From the NCBI GenBank assembly GCA_043821645.1, contig JBDRCO010000065.1:64157-128156 (forward strand): a stretch of DNA of 64,000 bases, written 5' to 3'. Positions 19,545 to 29,285 of this stretch are shown here, piece after piece (position 1 is the stretch's first letter; each line of letters starts with the position of its first letter). The notes under the pieces are model-generated. The model saw only the letters and a list, made by a program, of their open reading frames with translations. It had not been told where the DNA came from and did not search any database. The stretch comes from Pseudomonadota bacterium. Its GTDB lineage: Bacteria > Myxococcota > JACRCW01 > JAFGSX01. A program made the translations under genes and the position numbers.

Positions 19545-21617
19545 TCAGAGGTCCTCGATGGGTGGCGGAGGAGTCTCGTCGTCCTCGGCGTCCGGTAGCC
19601 CGTCATCTGCACCCGAGTTCTCCGAACTCGCCGCGCCGCCGGAATCAGGCTCGTCGACGATGTTGAACTCGACACGCCGGTTCTGGGCACGCCCCTTCTC
19701 GGTCTGGTTGGTGGAGATGGGCTTCTCCTCGCCATAACCCACGCCGAAGAGCCGACCATCCTCGACACCGTGCTCGATGAGATAGTCGATGACGGCCTTG
19801 GCCCGGGACTCGCTGAGCCGCTTGTTGTAGGTATCGTCGCCCACGTTGTCGGTGTGGCCCTCGACCCGCACCTTCTTGACCTGCGGGTTCTTGAGCATGA
19901 TGTCCACCACCTCGTCGAGGATGTGGTAGCTGTTGGCCAGGATACGGGCCTTGTTGAACTCGAAGTGGATCGTGCTCTTGATCTCGATACGGTCGGTGCG
20001 CAGGATGGTCACGCGCTTCTTGGGTTCCTTTTTCAGGACGAAGTCCTCGACGGTCTGTCCGCTCTTCTCGACCACCACCATGCGCCCCTGCTGCAGGTAG
20101 CCCTCGGCCTTGATCACGACCTGGTGACGGCCCGGGGACAGTTCGACACGGTAGGATCCGCCAGGCTGATCCAGTGTCTTGCTGACGTTGCTGTCGTCGA
20201 TGATCTCCATGGTGGCAGCGACGGACCTATCCTGCTCGTCAACGATGACACCCTTGAGCACCCCGACCTTGGGATCCGCGACGAGCTCGATGTCGAGGGC
20301 CGCGGTCTCGCGCACCGCGATCACGGTATCGCCCTGGGCGCTGCGGTAGGCGGGATGGTTTGCCGCGACCTGCACCGGCCCGGGGTTCAGTCCATAGCTC
20401 CGATAGCGACCCTGAGCATCGGCCACGATGCGCGGTCCGTCGCGATCGACAAAGGTCACCACCGCCTGCGGGATGGGCTTGCGCGTGCCGGCCTCGATCA
20501 CCTGGCCACCGACGAAGCCCACGGCTCGCTCCACCTCGACCCGCTTCTCAACTTCCTGGATCTCGACCCGGGTCTCGGCCACGAAGGGTGAGAAGGTATA
20601 GGACAGGCCTGCGTGAACCATCCAGGGCGTTGGTGTGGCAAGACCGGCGATGGCCCTGCTGCCACCCAGGACGCGGATGTCCGCTCCCAGGTCAAAGGCC
20701 AGACCCCTGCCCGGCGTCACCCGGATTCCTGGTGTGATGCGCAGCGGAGCGTCCGTGAAGCCTATCCCATCTGCAATCGGAAACTCCCCCGTGAGCTCGA
20801 GAAATGGCGTCACGTAAGGCAGTGGAACCTCGACGCCAAGCCCGTAGGTGGCCCGGTCGTACCAGGTGTACTCAAAGGTGAGAGCCAGCAGGTGACCCAG
20901 ATTTCCGGTCAGCAGCCTGTCCTGACCCGCGCCTCGGTTCTGGTAGATGTAGCCGCCGTTGAGGTGGAGACGAAACGGGATACCGCGATCTGCCCACAGG
21001 TCCAGGGTCGCCAGTGCCAGGACCTGTGCTCCAAAGTTGTCCAGCTCGGGCCCGATGCGATCTCGACCCGAGGGAAAAAAAGCTCGCGCGTCGACACCAA
21101 ACGCGAACAACCAGACCGGCACGGCGAGCTTGAGGTTGGCAGCCGCATCACCGGACGAGAACGTCGTTCTCGGGCGAACAGCCGAGTTCTCGTTGGCCGA
21201 CATCAGGCCCGACACGGCCAGCTCGATGTAGTCATTGAAGGTGAACCCAAAGCTGAGCACGCCGTAAGCAGCCTGATCCGTGGACCCGTCGACGATGAAA
21301 TTCTCGCCATAGAAGTATCGGCCATGGAGGCCGATGTCGAAGTAGCCTCCCTCTCCAGTCCGCGCCGACGTCACACGCCACAGCCCTGTCTGACCTGCCA
21401 TGTTGGGCGCTCTGTCCGAGACCCGGATGTCCTTGTAGCCCGGACTGTCGCCCTCGACGGCCACGACCTTGCCGCCAGGGACCGCGCCCTCGGTCGCCTC
21501 GTCCCGGGAGCTGGGCTGAGCCGTGGCAGCGTCGTCGCTGGCCTCCACCTCCTGCGCCAGGACGATCGTCGGCACCCAGCACCAGCTCAGGACGGCCACC
21601 GCTTGCATCGCCCTCAT
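19545..21617 (-). CDS. OmpA-family protein (N-terminal beta-barrel, two carboxypeptidase-regulatory-like domains, OmpA C-terminal domain)
   Basis: IHFEFNKA...VEGHTDNVG...YNKRLSESRA...NRRVEF, preceded by a signal peptide and an amphipathic beta-strand region. Confidence 0.9.
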   Translation of the reverse strand: MRAMQAVAVLSWCWVPTIVLAQEVEASDDAATAQPSSRDEATEGAVPGGKVVAVEGDSPGYKDIRVSDRAPNMAGQTGLWRVTSARTGEGGYFDIGLHGRYFYGENFIVDGSTDQAAYGVLSFGFTFNDYIELAVSGLMSANENSAVRPRTTFSSGDAAANLKLAVPVWLFAFGVDARAFFPSGRDRIGPELDNFGAQVLALATLDLWADRGIPFRLHLNGGYIYQNRGAGQDRLLTGNLGHLLALTFEYTWYDRATYGLGVEVPLPYVTPFLELTGEFPIADGIGFTDAPLRITPGIRVTPGRGLAFDLGADIRVLGGSRAIAGLATPTPWMVHAGLSYTFSPFVAETRVEIQEVEKRVEVERAVGFVGGQVIEAGTRKPIPQAVVTFVDRDGPRIVADAQGRYRSYGLNPGPVQVAANHPAYRSAQGDTVIAVRETAALDIELVADPKVGVLKGVIVDEQDRSVAATMEIIDDSNVSKTLDQPGGSYRVELSPGRHQVVIKAEGYLQQGRMVVVEKSGQTVEDFVLKKEPKKRVTILRTDRIEIKSTIHFEFNKARILANSYHILDEVVDIMLKNPQVKKVRVEGHTDNVGDDTYNKRLSESRAKAVIDYLIEHGVEDGRLFGVGYGEEKPISTNQTEKGRAQNRRVEFNIVDEPDSGGAASSENSGADDGLPDAEDDETPPPPIEDL

Positions 21618-21681
21618 GAGGCAACCCCTCGTCGCGGTTCCAGGCCACCCGGCGCACTGGAGATCCCGCGCCGCTCCCGCG

Positions 21682-24600
21682 TCAGTCCTTGCTGCGGCGA
21701 ACCTCGAGATACTTGCGGACAACCACGCCACAGGCCGGGCACTCACCCCGCTTCTTGAGCTCGTCGTCGTCACCCCGTGCCTGGTAGCCGCACTTGGGGC
21801 ACACATCGACCGCCGGGCCGTCATCCTCGCCTGGCACCAGGGTCTTGACCTGGTCCGTGACGAAGCCGATATCCGGCGCCGCGGCTGTCGACACAGGGCC
21901 AAGCGATGCAGCGACAGTCGAGGCAGGACGTGCTTCCGGTACCGAGCTCGCCGCCTTCGCCGTGCTCGCCGCCGGTCGGGACCGGGCAGCGCCAGAAACC
22001 GAGGACCCCACCAGTCCTATCTCGCCTCGACGTCGCAGCCCCGTCAACTCCTCGGTGAGGCGCGAGACACGCCCGGTCTTGTCCGCCAGCTCTCGCTTGA
22101 GGTCCGCCACCTGCTTCTCGGCCATCACCATCTTCTGTCGGAGCGCGGTCACGCCACCTGCGTCCCCGGCCGCCGAGAGTTCCTGGTCCTTCTCGACGAT
22201 GGCTTTCTCGAGCGAAGCGATTTTTTCCTTGAGGTAGCCCACGTTGTCGCCCGGGGCACCCGAGCCGCCAGCCAGGCGCTCGCGCAGGGCCGCGGCAGAG
22301 AGACCGGACGCTGCATCCTGATACTGAGAGAGGGCATCCCGGGCATTCTTGGCTTCGGCCATGCTCGCCAGGACCCGGCCCTCGTTCTCTCCCAGCTCCG
22401 TGCGCAAACGCTCGAGCTGGGTCTGTAGCTTCTGCTTCTCGGCACCGAGGTGCTTGAGCTCGGCCATGGTCGCCATCAGGCGGCCTTCGACCTCCCCGCT
22501 CTCCTCGCCCAGCGCGCTGACCTTGCCCCGCGCCTTCTCGACCTCGGTTCGCATCTTGGCGAGCTCCAGCTGGTGCTGCTTCTCCTGCTGGACAAGGGTG
22601 TTCCGCGCATCGTCGCGCTCGCGCTCGACGACGGGAAGTCGTCCCAGCCAGTCGGCCTGCTGCTGTTCGAGCCGGTTCAGCTCCTCCTCGAGTTCCTGAG
22701 CGTGCTCCTCGAGAGCTCGCGCCTGCTCCCGGCCGCGGTTGTACTGCTCCGAGGTCTGCTCGAGCTGCTGCTCGGACATGAGAAGACGATCTGCCGCCTC
22801 CCGCGCCGACGCCTCGGTGGTGTGCAATTTCGCCTCGAGTTCCTCGACCTGGGTCACCAGCTTGGCCGCGGTGGTGTCCGCCGCCGCCAGCCGCGCCTCG
22901 GAGGACTCGAGCTGCTGGGCATACGCCGCGACCTGGGCGGCCAGGGCCTCGCTCTGCTGCGGGGTCTGCGCCAGTGCCGCATCGATGTCCTCGCGCTCGC
23001 GGCGGAGCTTCTCGACCTCGGCCCGCGCTGCCTCGAGTTCCGAAGCCGCCGCCTCCGCCGATGCGACGCCCTCCCGGAGCCGCGCCCCCTCCTCCTCGAG
23101 AGCAAGCGCGCGCGCATCACGGTCGCGCAGTTCCTGTCCGTGCTGCTCCTGAAGCTCCTGAAGACGGCGCTGGACCTCGGCCAAGGCGGAGGTCGTGTCC
23201 TGTGTGGTGGCCAAGGCTGCGGCGAGCCTGCTCTCCAGTTCCGTGCGTTGCGCGTCAAGCTGCCGTGCCACCTCCTGGGCTGCGCACGATTCCCCCTGCG
23301 CCTGCTCCAGGGCACGCCCCTGGTCGGCCAGTTCCGCAGCGAGGGTCTCGACCTTGGTGGCCGCGGCATAGGCCTGTTGCTGAACCTCGGCGACCCTCTG
23401 CTCGGACTGCGCCAGGTTCTCCTCGGTGTCATGCAGCCGCTGCTGTGCGGAATCCAGCGCCTGCCGCTGGCTCTCGAGTTCCTTCTCGAGCTCGACGCTT
23501 TTCTGCTCTGCCTGCGCGACGGCTTTTTCTGCGAGCGCAAGCGCCTGGGTGTCGGTCTCCTGCAAGGCCTGGGTGGCCTCCTTGACGCGTTGCTCGGCGG
23601 TCTGGCAGTGCAGCGCGGCTTCCTCATAGAGAGCCTCGGCCTCGTGCACGCGCCTCTCGGCGTCCTCGAGTCGGGACGCGAGCTCCCCGTTCAGGTGATC
23701 CACCTGCAGCCGACGCGCCTCGGATTCGGCGGCGACGGAGATCGCATGCGCCAGCGAGGCCTCGGCCAGCTCGACCCGCCTCACAAAATCCTGCCGCTGC
23801 GCCTCACCTGCATCCAGCTGCTCTTTCATGATCGTCCGCTCCCCCTCGCCATCCTTCGCCCTGCGTTCGACGTCCTGCAGGAGCTCCTGCAGGGCTGCCA
23901 GCTCGCCCTCCCGCTGCGCGAGACGATGTTCGATATCCTGTAGCTGCTCCTCGGCCCGGGTCAGCTCCGTCGCACGGGCGTTGAGCTGACGTTCGAGCCC
24001 GTGCAGCAACTCCTGTGTGCCTCGCAGTTCCACCTCACGTTCGGAGACCTGGCCGCTCAGGACCTGCGCGCGCTCCGTCGCTGCCGCGAGTTCCTGCTGC
24101 AGTTGGGCGGTTTGCTGGTCCCTCTCCCGCACCTGCTGCGCCAGGTTCCGCCGCTCCTCCTCGAGCTCACGCGCCCGTTCCTGCAGGGCCTGCCACTCCT
24201 GGTCATCCTGCTGCCCATGGCGCTCGATGGCCTGTAGCCGCTCGCGGGCATCGTCGAGGTCCGAACGGAGCGAGGTCGAGAGCCGCTGCTGGGTGTCGCG
24301 TTCCTCCTCGGCCCGGCTGGCCTCGACCCTCGCCTGCGAGAGCTGGCCCTGCAGAATCTCCAGCTCCTTGCTCCTGGCCTCCAGGCTGTCCCGCGTCTCC
24401 ACCAGGTCCCGGTGGCGCTCGGCCTCCTGCTCCTCGGCCTGCGTCACCCTCGCTTGCCAGGCATCCCGCTCGGTGGTCAGCACCGCGATCTCGGCATACA
24501 GGGACGGACCCTCGGCGGCACGCACCTCGGCCGCATTGGCGCGTTCAGACCAGGACTCCAGCTCTCCCCGGAGCGTCTTCAGCTCAGCCTGAAGCGCCTC

Positions 24601-25473
24601 CCGATCCGCTGCACCCTGCTGCGCGGCCTCGCTCGCGCGCTGCTGCAAGGTGCCGATCTCGAGCTGCAACTGTTCGTTCCGAACAAGCGCTTCAGCCCGC
24701 TCGGCATCCCTGGCCTCGGCGACCTGGACCCGTTGCTGCAAGGACCCGATCTCGAGCTGCAACTGATCATTCTGGCTGCGCCATTCTGCGCGCTCGGCAT
24801 CCCTGGCCTCGGCGCTCTGGGCCCGTTGCTGCCAGTCCGTGCGCTCCTGCTCCAGCTTCTTCAGCTGGGTGCGCAGGGACTCGCGCTCGGCTTCAAGCTC
24901 CGCGTCTCGCGCTTCCGCAACCTGGGTACGCTCCCGGAAGTCGTCGCGCTCGCGTGCCAGCCCCTGCACTTCGGCCAGCAGGTCCTCGCGTTCGGTTTCG
25001 GACTCGGCCAGGGCCCGTGACGCACGTTCCGATTCCTCGCGCAGGGCATCGAGCCGCATCTCCAGCTCGCGGCTGTGCTCAGCGGCCTGCTCCTGCACCT
25101 GGCTCCACTCGCCGCGCTGTGCTTCCAGCAACTGCTGCGCGCGCTGCAATTCCTGGATGGTGGCGTCCTGCTCCGCCGCCTTGTCCGCCCACGCCTGGCG
25201 CGCGTGCTGCGCCTCGCCAAGCTGCTCCTCGAGGCCACTCACGGTCTCGCGATGGGCACGTTCCGCATCCGCGTGCGCCTGGGCGGCCTGGGAGAGGTCC
25301 GCGCGAACCGAATCCTGGACCTCCTCGAGTTCCGCGATGCCGCGACGCGACTCCTCGAGTTGCTGCTGCAAACCCTCGATGGCAGTGCGGGCGGTGGCCA
25401 GCTCGGCATCCCGATCTGCCAGCCGCCCCTGCAGCTCGTTCAACTCGGCGGCTCGCCCGGTCAGCTGCTCGCG
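21682..25473 (-). CDS. C-terminal part of giant coiled-coil protein with terminal Zn ribbon (in frame with 25474-27384)
   Basis: E/Q/A/R/L-rich heptads ending in CPKC-x16-CPAC. The frame is open right up to the TAG at 25474-25476, and there is no convincing RBS before TTG 25443. Confidence 0.85.
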   Translation of the reverse strand, partial: REQLTGRAAELNELQGRLADRDAELATARTAIEGLQQQLEESRRGIAELEEVQDSVRADLSQAAQAHADAERAHRETVSGLEEQLGEAQHARQAWADKAAEQDATIQELQRAQQLLEAQRGEWSQVQEQAAEHSRELEMRLDALREESERASRALAESETEREDLLAEVQGLARERDDFRERTQVAEARDAELEAERESLRTQLKKLEQERTDWQQRAQSAEARDAERAEWRSQNDQLQLEIGSLQQRVQVAEARDAERAEALVRNEQLQLEIGTLQQRASEAAQQGAADREALQAELKTLRGELESWSERANAAEVRAAEGPSLYAEIAVLTTERDAWQARVTQAEEQEAERHRDLVETRDSLEARSKELEILQGQLSQARVEASRAEEERDTQQRLSTSLRSDLDDARERLQAIERHGQQDDQEWQALQERARELEEERRNLAQQVRERDQQTAQLQQELAAATERAQVLSGQVSEREVELRGTQELLHGLERQLNARATELTRAEEQLQDIEHRLAQREGELAALQELLQDVERRAKDGEGERTIMKEQLDAGEAQRQDFVRRVELAEASLAHAISVAAESEARRLQVDHLNGELASRLEDAERRVHEAEALYEEAALHCQTAEQRVKEATQALQETDTQALALAEKAVAQAEQKSVELEKELESQRQALDSAQQRLHDTEENLAQSEQRVAEVQQQAYAAATKVETLAAELADQGRALEQAQGESCAAQEVARQLDAQRTELESRLAAALATTQDTTSALAEVQRRLQELQEQHGQELRDRDARALALEEEGARLREGVASAEAAASELEAARAEVEKLRREREDIDAALAQTPQQSEALAAQVAAYAQQLESSEARLAAADTTAAKLVTQVEELEAKLHTTEASAREAADRLLMSEQQLEQTSEQYNRGREQARALEEHAQELEEELNRLEQQQADWLGRLPVVERERDDARNTLVQQEKQHQLELAKMRTEVEKARGKVSALGEESGEVEGRLMATMAELKHLGAEKQKLQTQLERLRTELGENEGRVLASMAEAKNARDALSQYQDAASGLSAAALRERLAGGSGAPGDNVGYLKEKIASLEKAIVEKDQELSAAGDAGGVTALRQKMVMAEKQVADLKRELADKTGRVSRLTEELTGLRRRGEIGLVGSSVSGAARSRPAASTAKAASSVPEARPASTVAASLGPVSTAAAPDIGFVTDQVKTLVPGEDDGPAVDVCPKCGYQARGDDDELKKRGECPACGVVVRKYLEVRRSKD
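24640..24832 (-). repeat. Imperfect 93-bp (31-aa) tandem repeat inside the coiled coil
   Basis: CCGATCTCGAGCTGCAACTG at 24653 and 24746, and GCTCGGCATCCCTGGCCTCGGC at 24699 and 24792. The protein shows AEARDAERAE...QLQLEIGxLQQR twice. Confidence 0.85.
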
Positions 25474-27384
25474 CTACCGGTCGTGGCGCTCTCGCATCTC
25501 CGTCAGCTCTGCTTCGAGCTGGGTCAGTCGGGATGCGCGCTCGCTGGCCAGCACCTCGGCTTCGCCCCGGGACTGCCCGGTCTGCTCGAGCTGTGCCTCG
25601 AGGGTCTGGCGAACGCCGCGGAGCTCCTCGAGCTCACGCCCAAGGTTCTCGATGCGGGCCGCCTGCTCGCGGTGATCCTGCCTGACGCGGCCGAACTCCT
25701 CGTCCAGGGCATGCCGCTCTGCCACCAGGTGGTCGCGCTCGTTGCGCAGGGACTCGTCGCCCTCGCTCCTCGACGACAGCTCACGCCGCGATGCCTCGAT
25801 CTCGTCGCGCATGGCCTGGAGATCTCGCGACAGATTGTCGCGCTCCCCGCGCAGCGCCTCGGCCTGGGTCGTGAGGTCGGCGACAGCCTGCCGGGCATGC
25901 TGCAACTCGCCGGCCAGGGCGTCGGCCTCGATCGCCTTCGCCTGCAGCGGTCCAAGTTCGGATTGCAGGTGCGCGAGCTGGTCCTGGACCTTTTGCCCGC
26001 TTCGCTCCAGCTCGGCCAGGCGTGCGCTGGTATGCTCGCCCCGCTCCTCGGATCGCTCGAGGGCAAAGGCCAGTTCCTTCTCCTTGGCCTGGGCCATCTT
26101 GAGCTTGCCGGAGAGCTCGGCGTTCTCCAGCTTGAGGGTCTGGGCGTCCGCGTTGACCTTGGACAGGGTCTGCAGCTTGCCGGCGAGGGAGGCCGCGGCG
26201 TCGTCGAGCTCCCGGCGTGTGGTCAAAAGCTGCCGCTCCATCTCCACGCCATGCGTCTCGGCAGCCTTGGCCTGCACCTCGGCCTCGCGCATCCTCTCGC
26301 GCAGGCTCTCTCCCTCGCGGGCCAGGGCCTGCATCTGCTCCTGGCCAGCGCTGCTGGTCTGGGACAGCTGGGACTCCACCTCGGCGACACGCAGCTGGAG
26401 CTGATCGCGCTCCTGCAACAGCTGCTGCAGGGCGCGGCGACTGCCCTCGATCTCGCGCTGGGCTTCGTCGCGCTCGGCCGCGATGGCCTCCGCGGCATCC
26501 GCCAGGGTCCGCGCCTCCTCGACCTGCTCGAGGACGCGGTCTCGCAGCGACGACACCCGCTCGGCAACCTCCCCGAGAGCCTCTTCGCGCTCGGCGATGC
26601 TCTGCTCCAGGGCGCGGTTCTCCTCGCGCAGGCCTCCCAGTTCGCGGTCGAGGCCCTCCCGCAGGGCTGCACCCGCGTCGATGAGCGACTGTGCGAAGCG
26701 TGAGAAGGGCAACTGGATCAGACCGAGCTCGTCAGGAGAGGGGACCCGGGCACCGGCGATGATGACGTAGTAGGCGACGTCCTCGGGTGTCCCGCCCATG
26801 AGCGCCGTGTCGAGCGCCACTCCCGCGTCGTCGGGGTCGATGTGGAAGCCGATGAACGAGAAACCCAGGAAGGGACTCTGACCGACGACCACGACCTCGT
26901 TGAAACGCTCGTTGAGGGTCTCCACCAGCAGACCGTACTCGGAGATGCCTCGTTCCTTGCCGTCGATGAGATCGACGATACCGCGCCCCTCGACGTTCTC
27001 GACCGCGGTGATCAGCAAGCCATCGCGGGACAGCACGCGCGTGATCTCATCCAGCCGGTTGGCATCACCGCGGCGCAGGGCGGCGCTGAGGCCAAAGTCC
27101 ACGGCGACGTCGAAGGCGCCATCGTCCGCCGGCCAGTGCGGCTCCCGCGCCCAGCGCACGTCCACCAGACGCCTGTCCACGTTGCGACGACAGGCCTCGA
27201 CCGTGTGCTCGTCGAAGTCCAGGCCGACCACGCGCGAGGCCTGCAAGGTCGCCAGGAAGCCCGCGCTGTGGCCGAGGCCGGAACCGACCTCGAGCACCCT
27301 TCGCCCCGTGATCAGGGGCTCCAGGAACAGGTAACGGGGAAGGACTTCAGAGAGCCGAAGCTCGGTGTTGAAGAGATCGCTCAT
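25474..27384 (-). CDS. N-terminal class I methyltransferase domain plus coiled coil, ending at an in-frame TAG
   Basis: RYLFL...RRVLEVGSGLG...VVGLD...FDVAV...ITRVLSRDG, followed by heptad repeats. Confidence 0.85.
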   Translation of the reverse strand: MSDLFNTELRLSEVLPRYLFLEPLITGRRVLEVGSGLGHSAGFLATLQASRVVGLDFDEHTVEACRRNVDRRLVDVRWAREPHWPADDGAFDVAVDFGLSAALRRGDANRLDEITRVLSRDGLLITAVENVEGRGIVDLIDGKERGISEYGLLVETLNERFNEVVVVGQSPFLGFSFIGFHIDPDDAGVALDTALMGGTPEDVAYYVIIAGARVPSPDELGLIQLPFSRFAQSLIDAGAALREGLDRELGGLREENRALEQSIAEREEALGEVAERVSSLRDRVLEQVEEARTLADAAEAIAAERDEAQREIEGSRRALQQLLQERDQLQLRVAEVESQLSQTSSAGQEQMQALAREGESLRERMREAEVQAKAAETHGVEMERQLLTTRRELDDAAASLAGKLQTLSKVNADAQTLKLENAELSGKLKMAQAKEKELAFALERSEERGEHTSARLAELERSGQKVQDQLAHLQSELGPLQAKAIEADALAGELQHARQAVADLTTQAEALRGERDNLSRDLQAMRDEIEASRRELSSRSEGDESLRNERDHLVAERHALDEEFGRVRQDHREQAARIENLGRELEELRGVRQTLEAQLEQTGQSRGEAEVLASERASRLTQLEAELTEMRERHDR

Positions 27385-27548
27385 GGACGTGACCTGTGGG
27401 CATGGCGTCCGCGCAGGACCCTCCCGCGACGAAAGGCCTGCGCTGCCAAGCAGCGCGCAGAAAACGCGCGGCGCTCATTATTGATGGGCAGCATATGAGA
27501 GAAGGTGGATGGCAGCAACGGGTTTACGAGCGCCCACGACGGGTCTGG

Positions 27549-28106
27549 TCACGACCTGCGCGGCCGCCCGCGGCGGCGGAACCACATCCCCAGCACCTGG
27601 TGCACCTCGCCAGCCACGTGATGCTCGCCGTACAGAGGACCTGGCTGAAAACCGAGGCGCTGGTAGAGCCGGATCGCCGGCAGGTTGAACTCGAACACCC
27701 CCAGCCACAGCACCTCGAGTCCGAGCTCGTCGAAGGCGACGGCCATCAGCTTCTGCATGGCGCGATGTCCGACCCCTTGGCCGCGGGCCCAGGGCTCCCC
27801 GATCTCGATGAAGCACTCCGCGACGCGGCGCTTCAGGTCGATGTTCTTCAACCCCGTGTTGCCCACGTGCTGGCCGTCGAGCTCGATGGCAAAGGCCTGG
27901 CGTCCCGGTGCGGTCCTCATCTCGTGCAGGTAGCGATCGGCCTCGGCGGGCAGGTACGGTCGCACTGGCAGGTAGTCGGCACCCGGCACCTGAACCGTGA
28001 AGCGCAGCAGCTCGAGATCCGCCATCCAGCGCCGGATCCGCGACGCATCGGTCTCCTGCAAGGGACGCAGGTCGACGCGGGACGCTGGCTGGCGTGCCAC
28101 CACCAT
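27549..28106 (-). CDS. GNAT N-acetyltransferase (RimJ/RimL-like)
   Basis: ARGQGVG acetyl-CoA motif and VFEFNLPAIRLYQRLGF. Confidence 0.9.
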   Translation of the reverse strand: MVVARQPASRVDLRPLQETDASRIRRWMADLELLRFTVQVPGADYLPVRPYLPAEADRYLHEMRTAPGRQAFAIELDGQHVGNTGLKNIDLKRRVAECFIEIGEPWARGQGVGHRAMQKLMAVAFDELGLEVLWLGVFEFNLPAIRLYQRLGFQPGPLYGEHHVAGEVHQVLGMWFRRRGRPRRS

Positions 28107-28115
28107 GACGGACTC

Positions 28116-29228
28116 CTAGAGTTCAAGCATGCGCTGCAGCGCCAGCCGCGCGCCCTCGAGATCACGGGGGTTGACCTGCACCTGGTTCAGCTCCGGCAGC
28201 TGCAGCAGCGTCTCCTGCAGGTGACGCAGGGTGATGCGGTACATGTTGGGACACAGCGAGCGATCCAGCGGGACCACGGTGCGATCCGGGAACTCTGCCG
28301 CCAGGCGCGTGACCAGGTTAACCTCGGTGCCGATGACCAGGGTATCGCCAGGCTTCGCCTCCTGCACGGCTCGCACGAGATAGCCGGTCGATCCGGCACC
28401 GTCGGCCTGCTGCACGACCTCGCGCCGGCATTCTGGATGCACATGGATCACGCAACCGGGCCAGCGCTGACGGGCCGCCGCGATGTGCTCGACGCTGAAC
28501 CAGGTGTGCACATGGCAGTAACCTGACCACAGCACCAACCGGGCCCTGGCCAGCGCGTCCTCGCTCAGGCCTCCGAGCTCGCCGGCATGCGGATCGTACA
28601 GGGCGATCTCGTCGTCCACGAGGCCCAGGGACGCCGCGGTGTTGCGGCCAAGATGCTCGTCGGGAACGAACAGGATCTGCTCACCTCGCCCGTAGGCCCA
28701 GCGAAACGCGCGCTCGGCGTTGGAACTGGTGCACACGGCACCGCCGTTCTCGCCGACCACCGCCTTCACATCGGCAAGGGTGTTCATGTAGGTCAGGGGC
28801 ACCACCCGGGACGACGGCCGCAGCCGGTGAAACACGTCAAGGGCGCGCTGCACGTCGCCGCGCTCGGCCATGTCGGCCATGGGGCAGCCGGCGCGCGGGT
28901 TGGGGTGAAACACTCGCTGATCGTCCCGGGCCAGCACCGCGGCCGATTGCGCCATGAAGTGCACGCCGCAGAACACGATCCATTCGGCCCTGGAATCGGC
29001 AGCCAGGCGCGACAGCTCGTAAGAATCGCCGCGGATGTGGCCAAGCGCGACCAGCTCGGGACGCTGATAGTGGTGGGTCAAAATGAGCAGCCTGTCACCC
29101 AGGCGATCGCGGAGCTCACGGATCTCGGAGGCTCGCTGAAGGGCCTCACCGCTGCTGGCATCATGCGACATGGAGCGGTCTCCGTCGACCGCAGGCACCG
29201 GACCCACCGTCGTCGACGCGGCCACCAT
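28116..29228 (-). CDS. nadA: Quinolinate synthase
   Basis: HHYQ, FCGVHFMA, AGCPMAD, CTSSNA, YCHVH, VHPEC and LCPNM. The true start may be slightly downstream. Confidence 0.95.
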   Translation of the reverse strand: MVAASTTVGPVPAVDGDRSMSHDASSGEALQRASEIRELRDRLGDRLLILTHHYQRPELVALGHIRGDSYELSRLAADSRAEWIVFCGVHFMAQSAAVLARDDQRVFHPNPRAGCPMADMAERGDVQRALDVFHRLRPSSRVVPLTYMNTLADVKAVVGENGGAVCTSSNAERAFRWAYGRGEQILFVPDEHLGRNTAASLGLVDDEIALYDPHAGELGGLSEDALARARLVLWSGYCHVHTWFSVEHIAAARQRWPGCVIHVHPECRREVVQQADGAGSTGYLVRAVQEAKPGDTLVIGTEVNLVTRLAAEFPDRTVVPLDRSLCPNMYRITLRHLQETLLQLPELNQVQVNPRDLEGARLALQRMLEL

Positions 29229-29285
29229 AGTACAGCGCCCCGCCCCTGGCGAGCTTCTGCAGAAAGATCGGGAGGCTTGTGAAGT

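Noticed and set aside
25474-25476. Genome-wide TAG recoding or pyrrolysine
   Set aside because: TAG ends several genes at their expected C-termini (NtrC 5715, nadA 28116, infA 49656), and no pyl genes are in the window. Only site-specific explanations remain.
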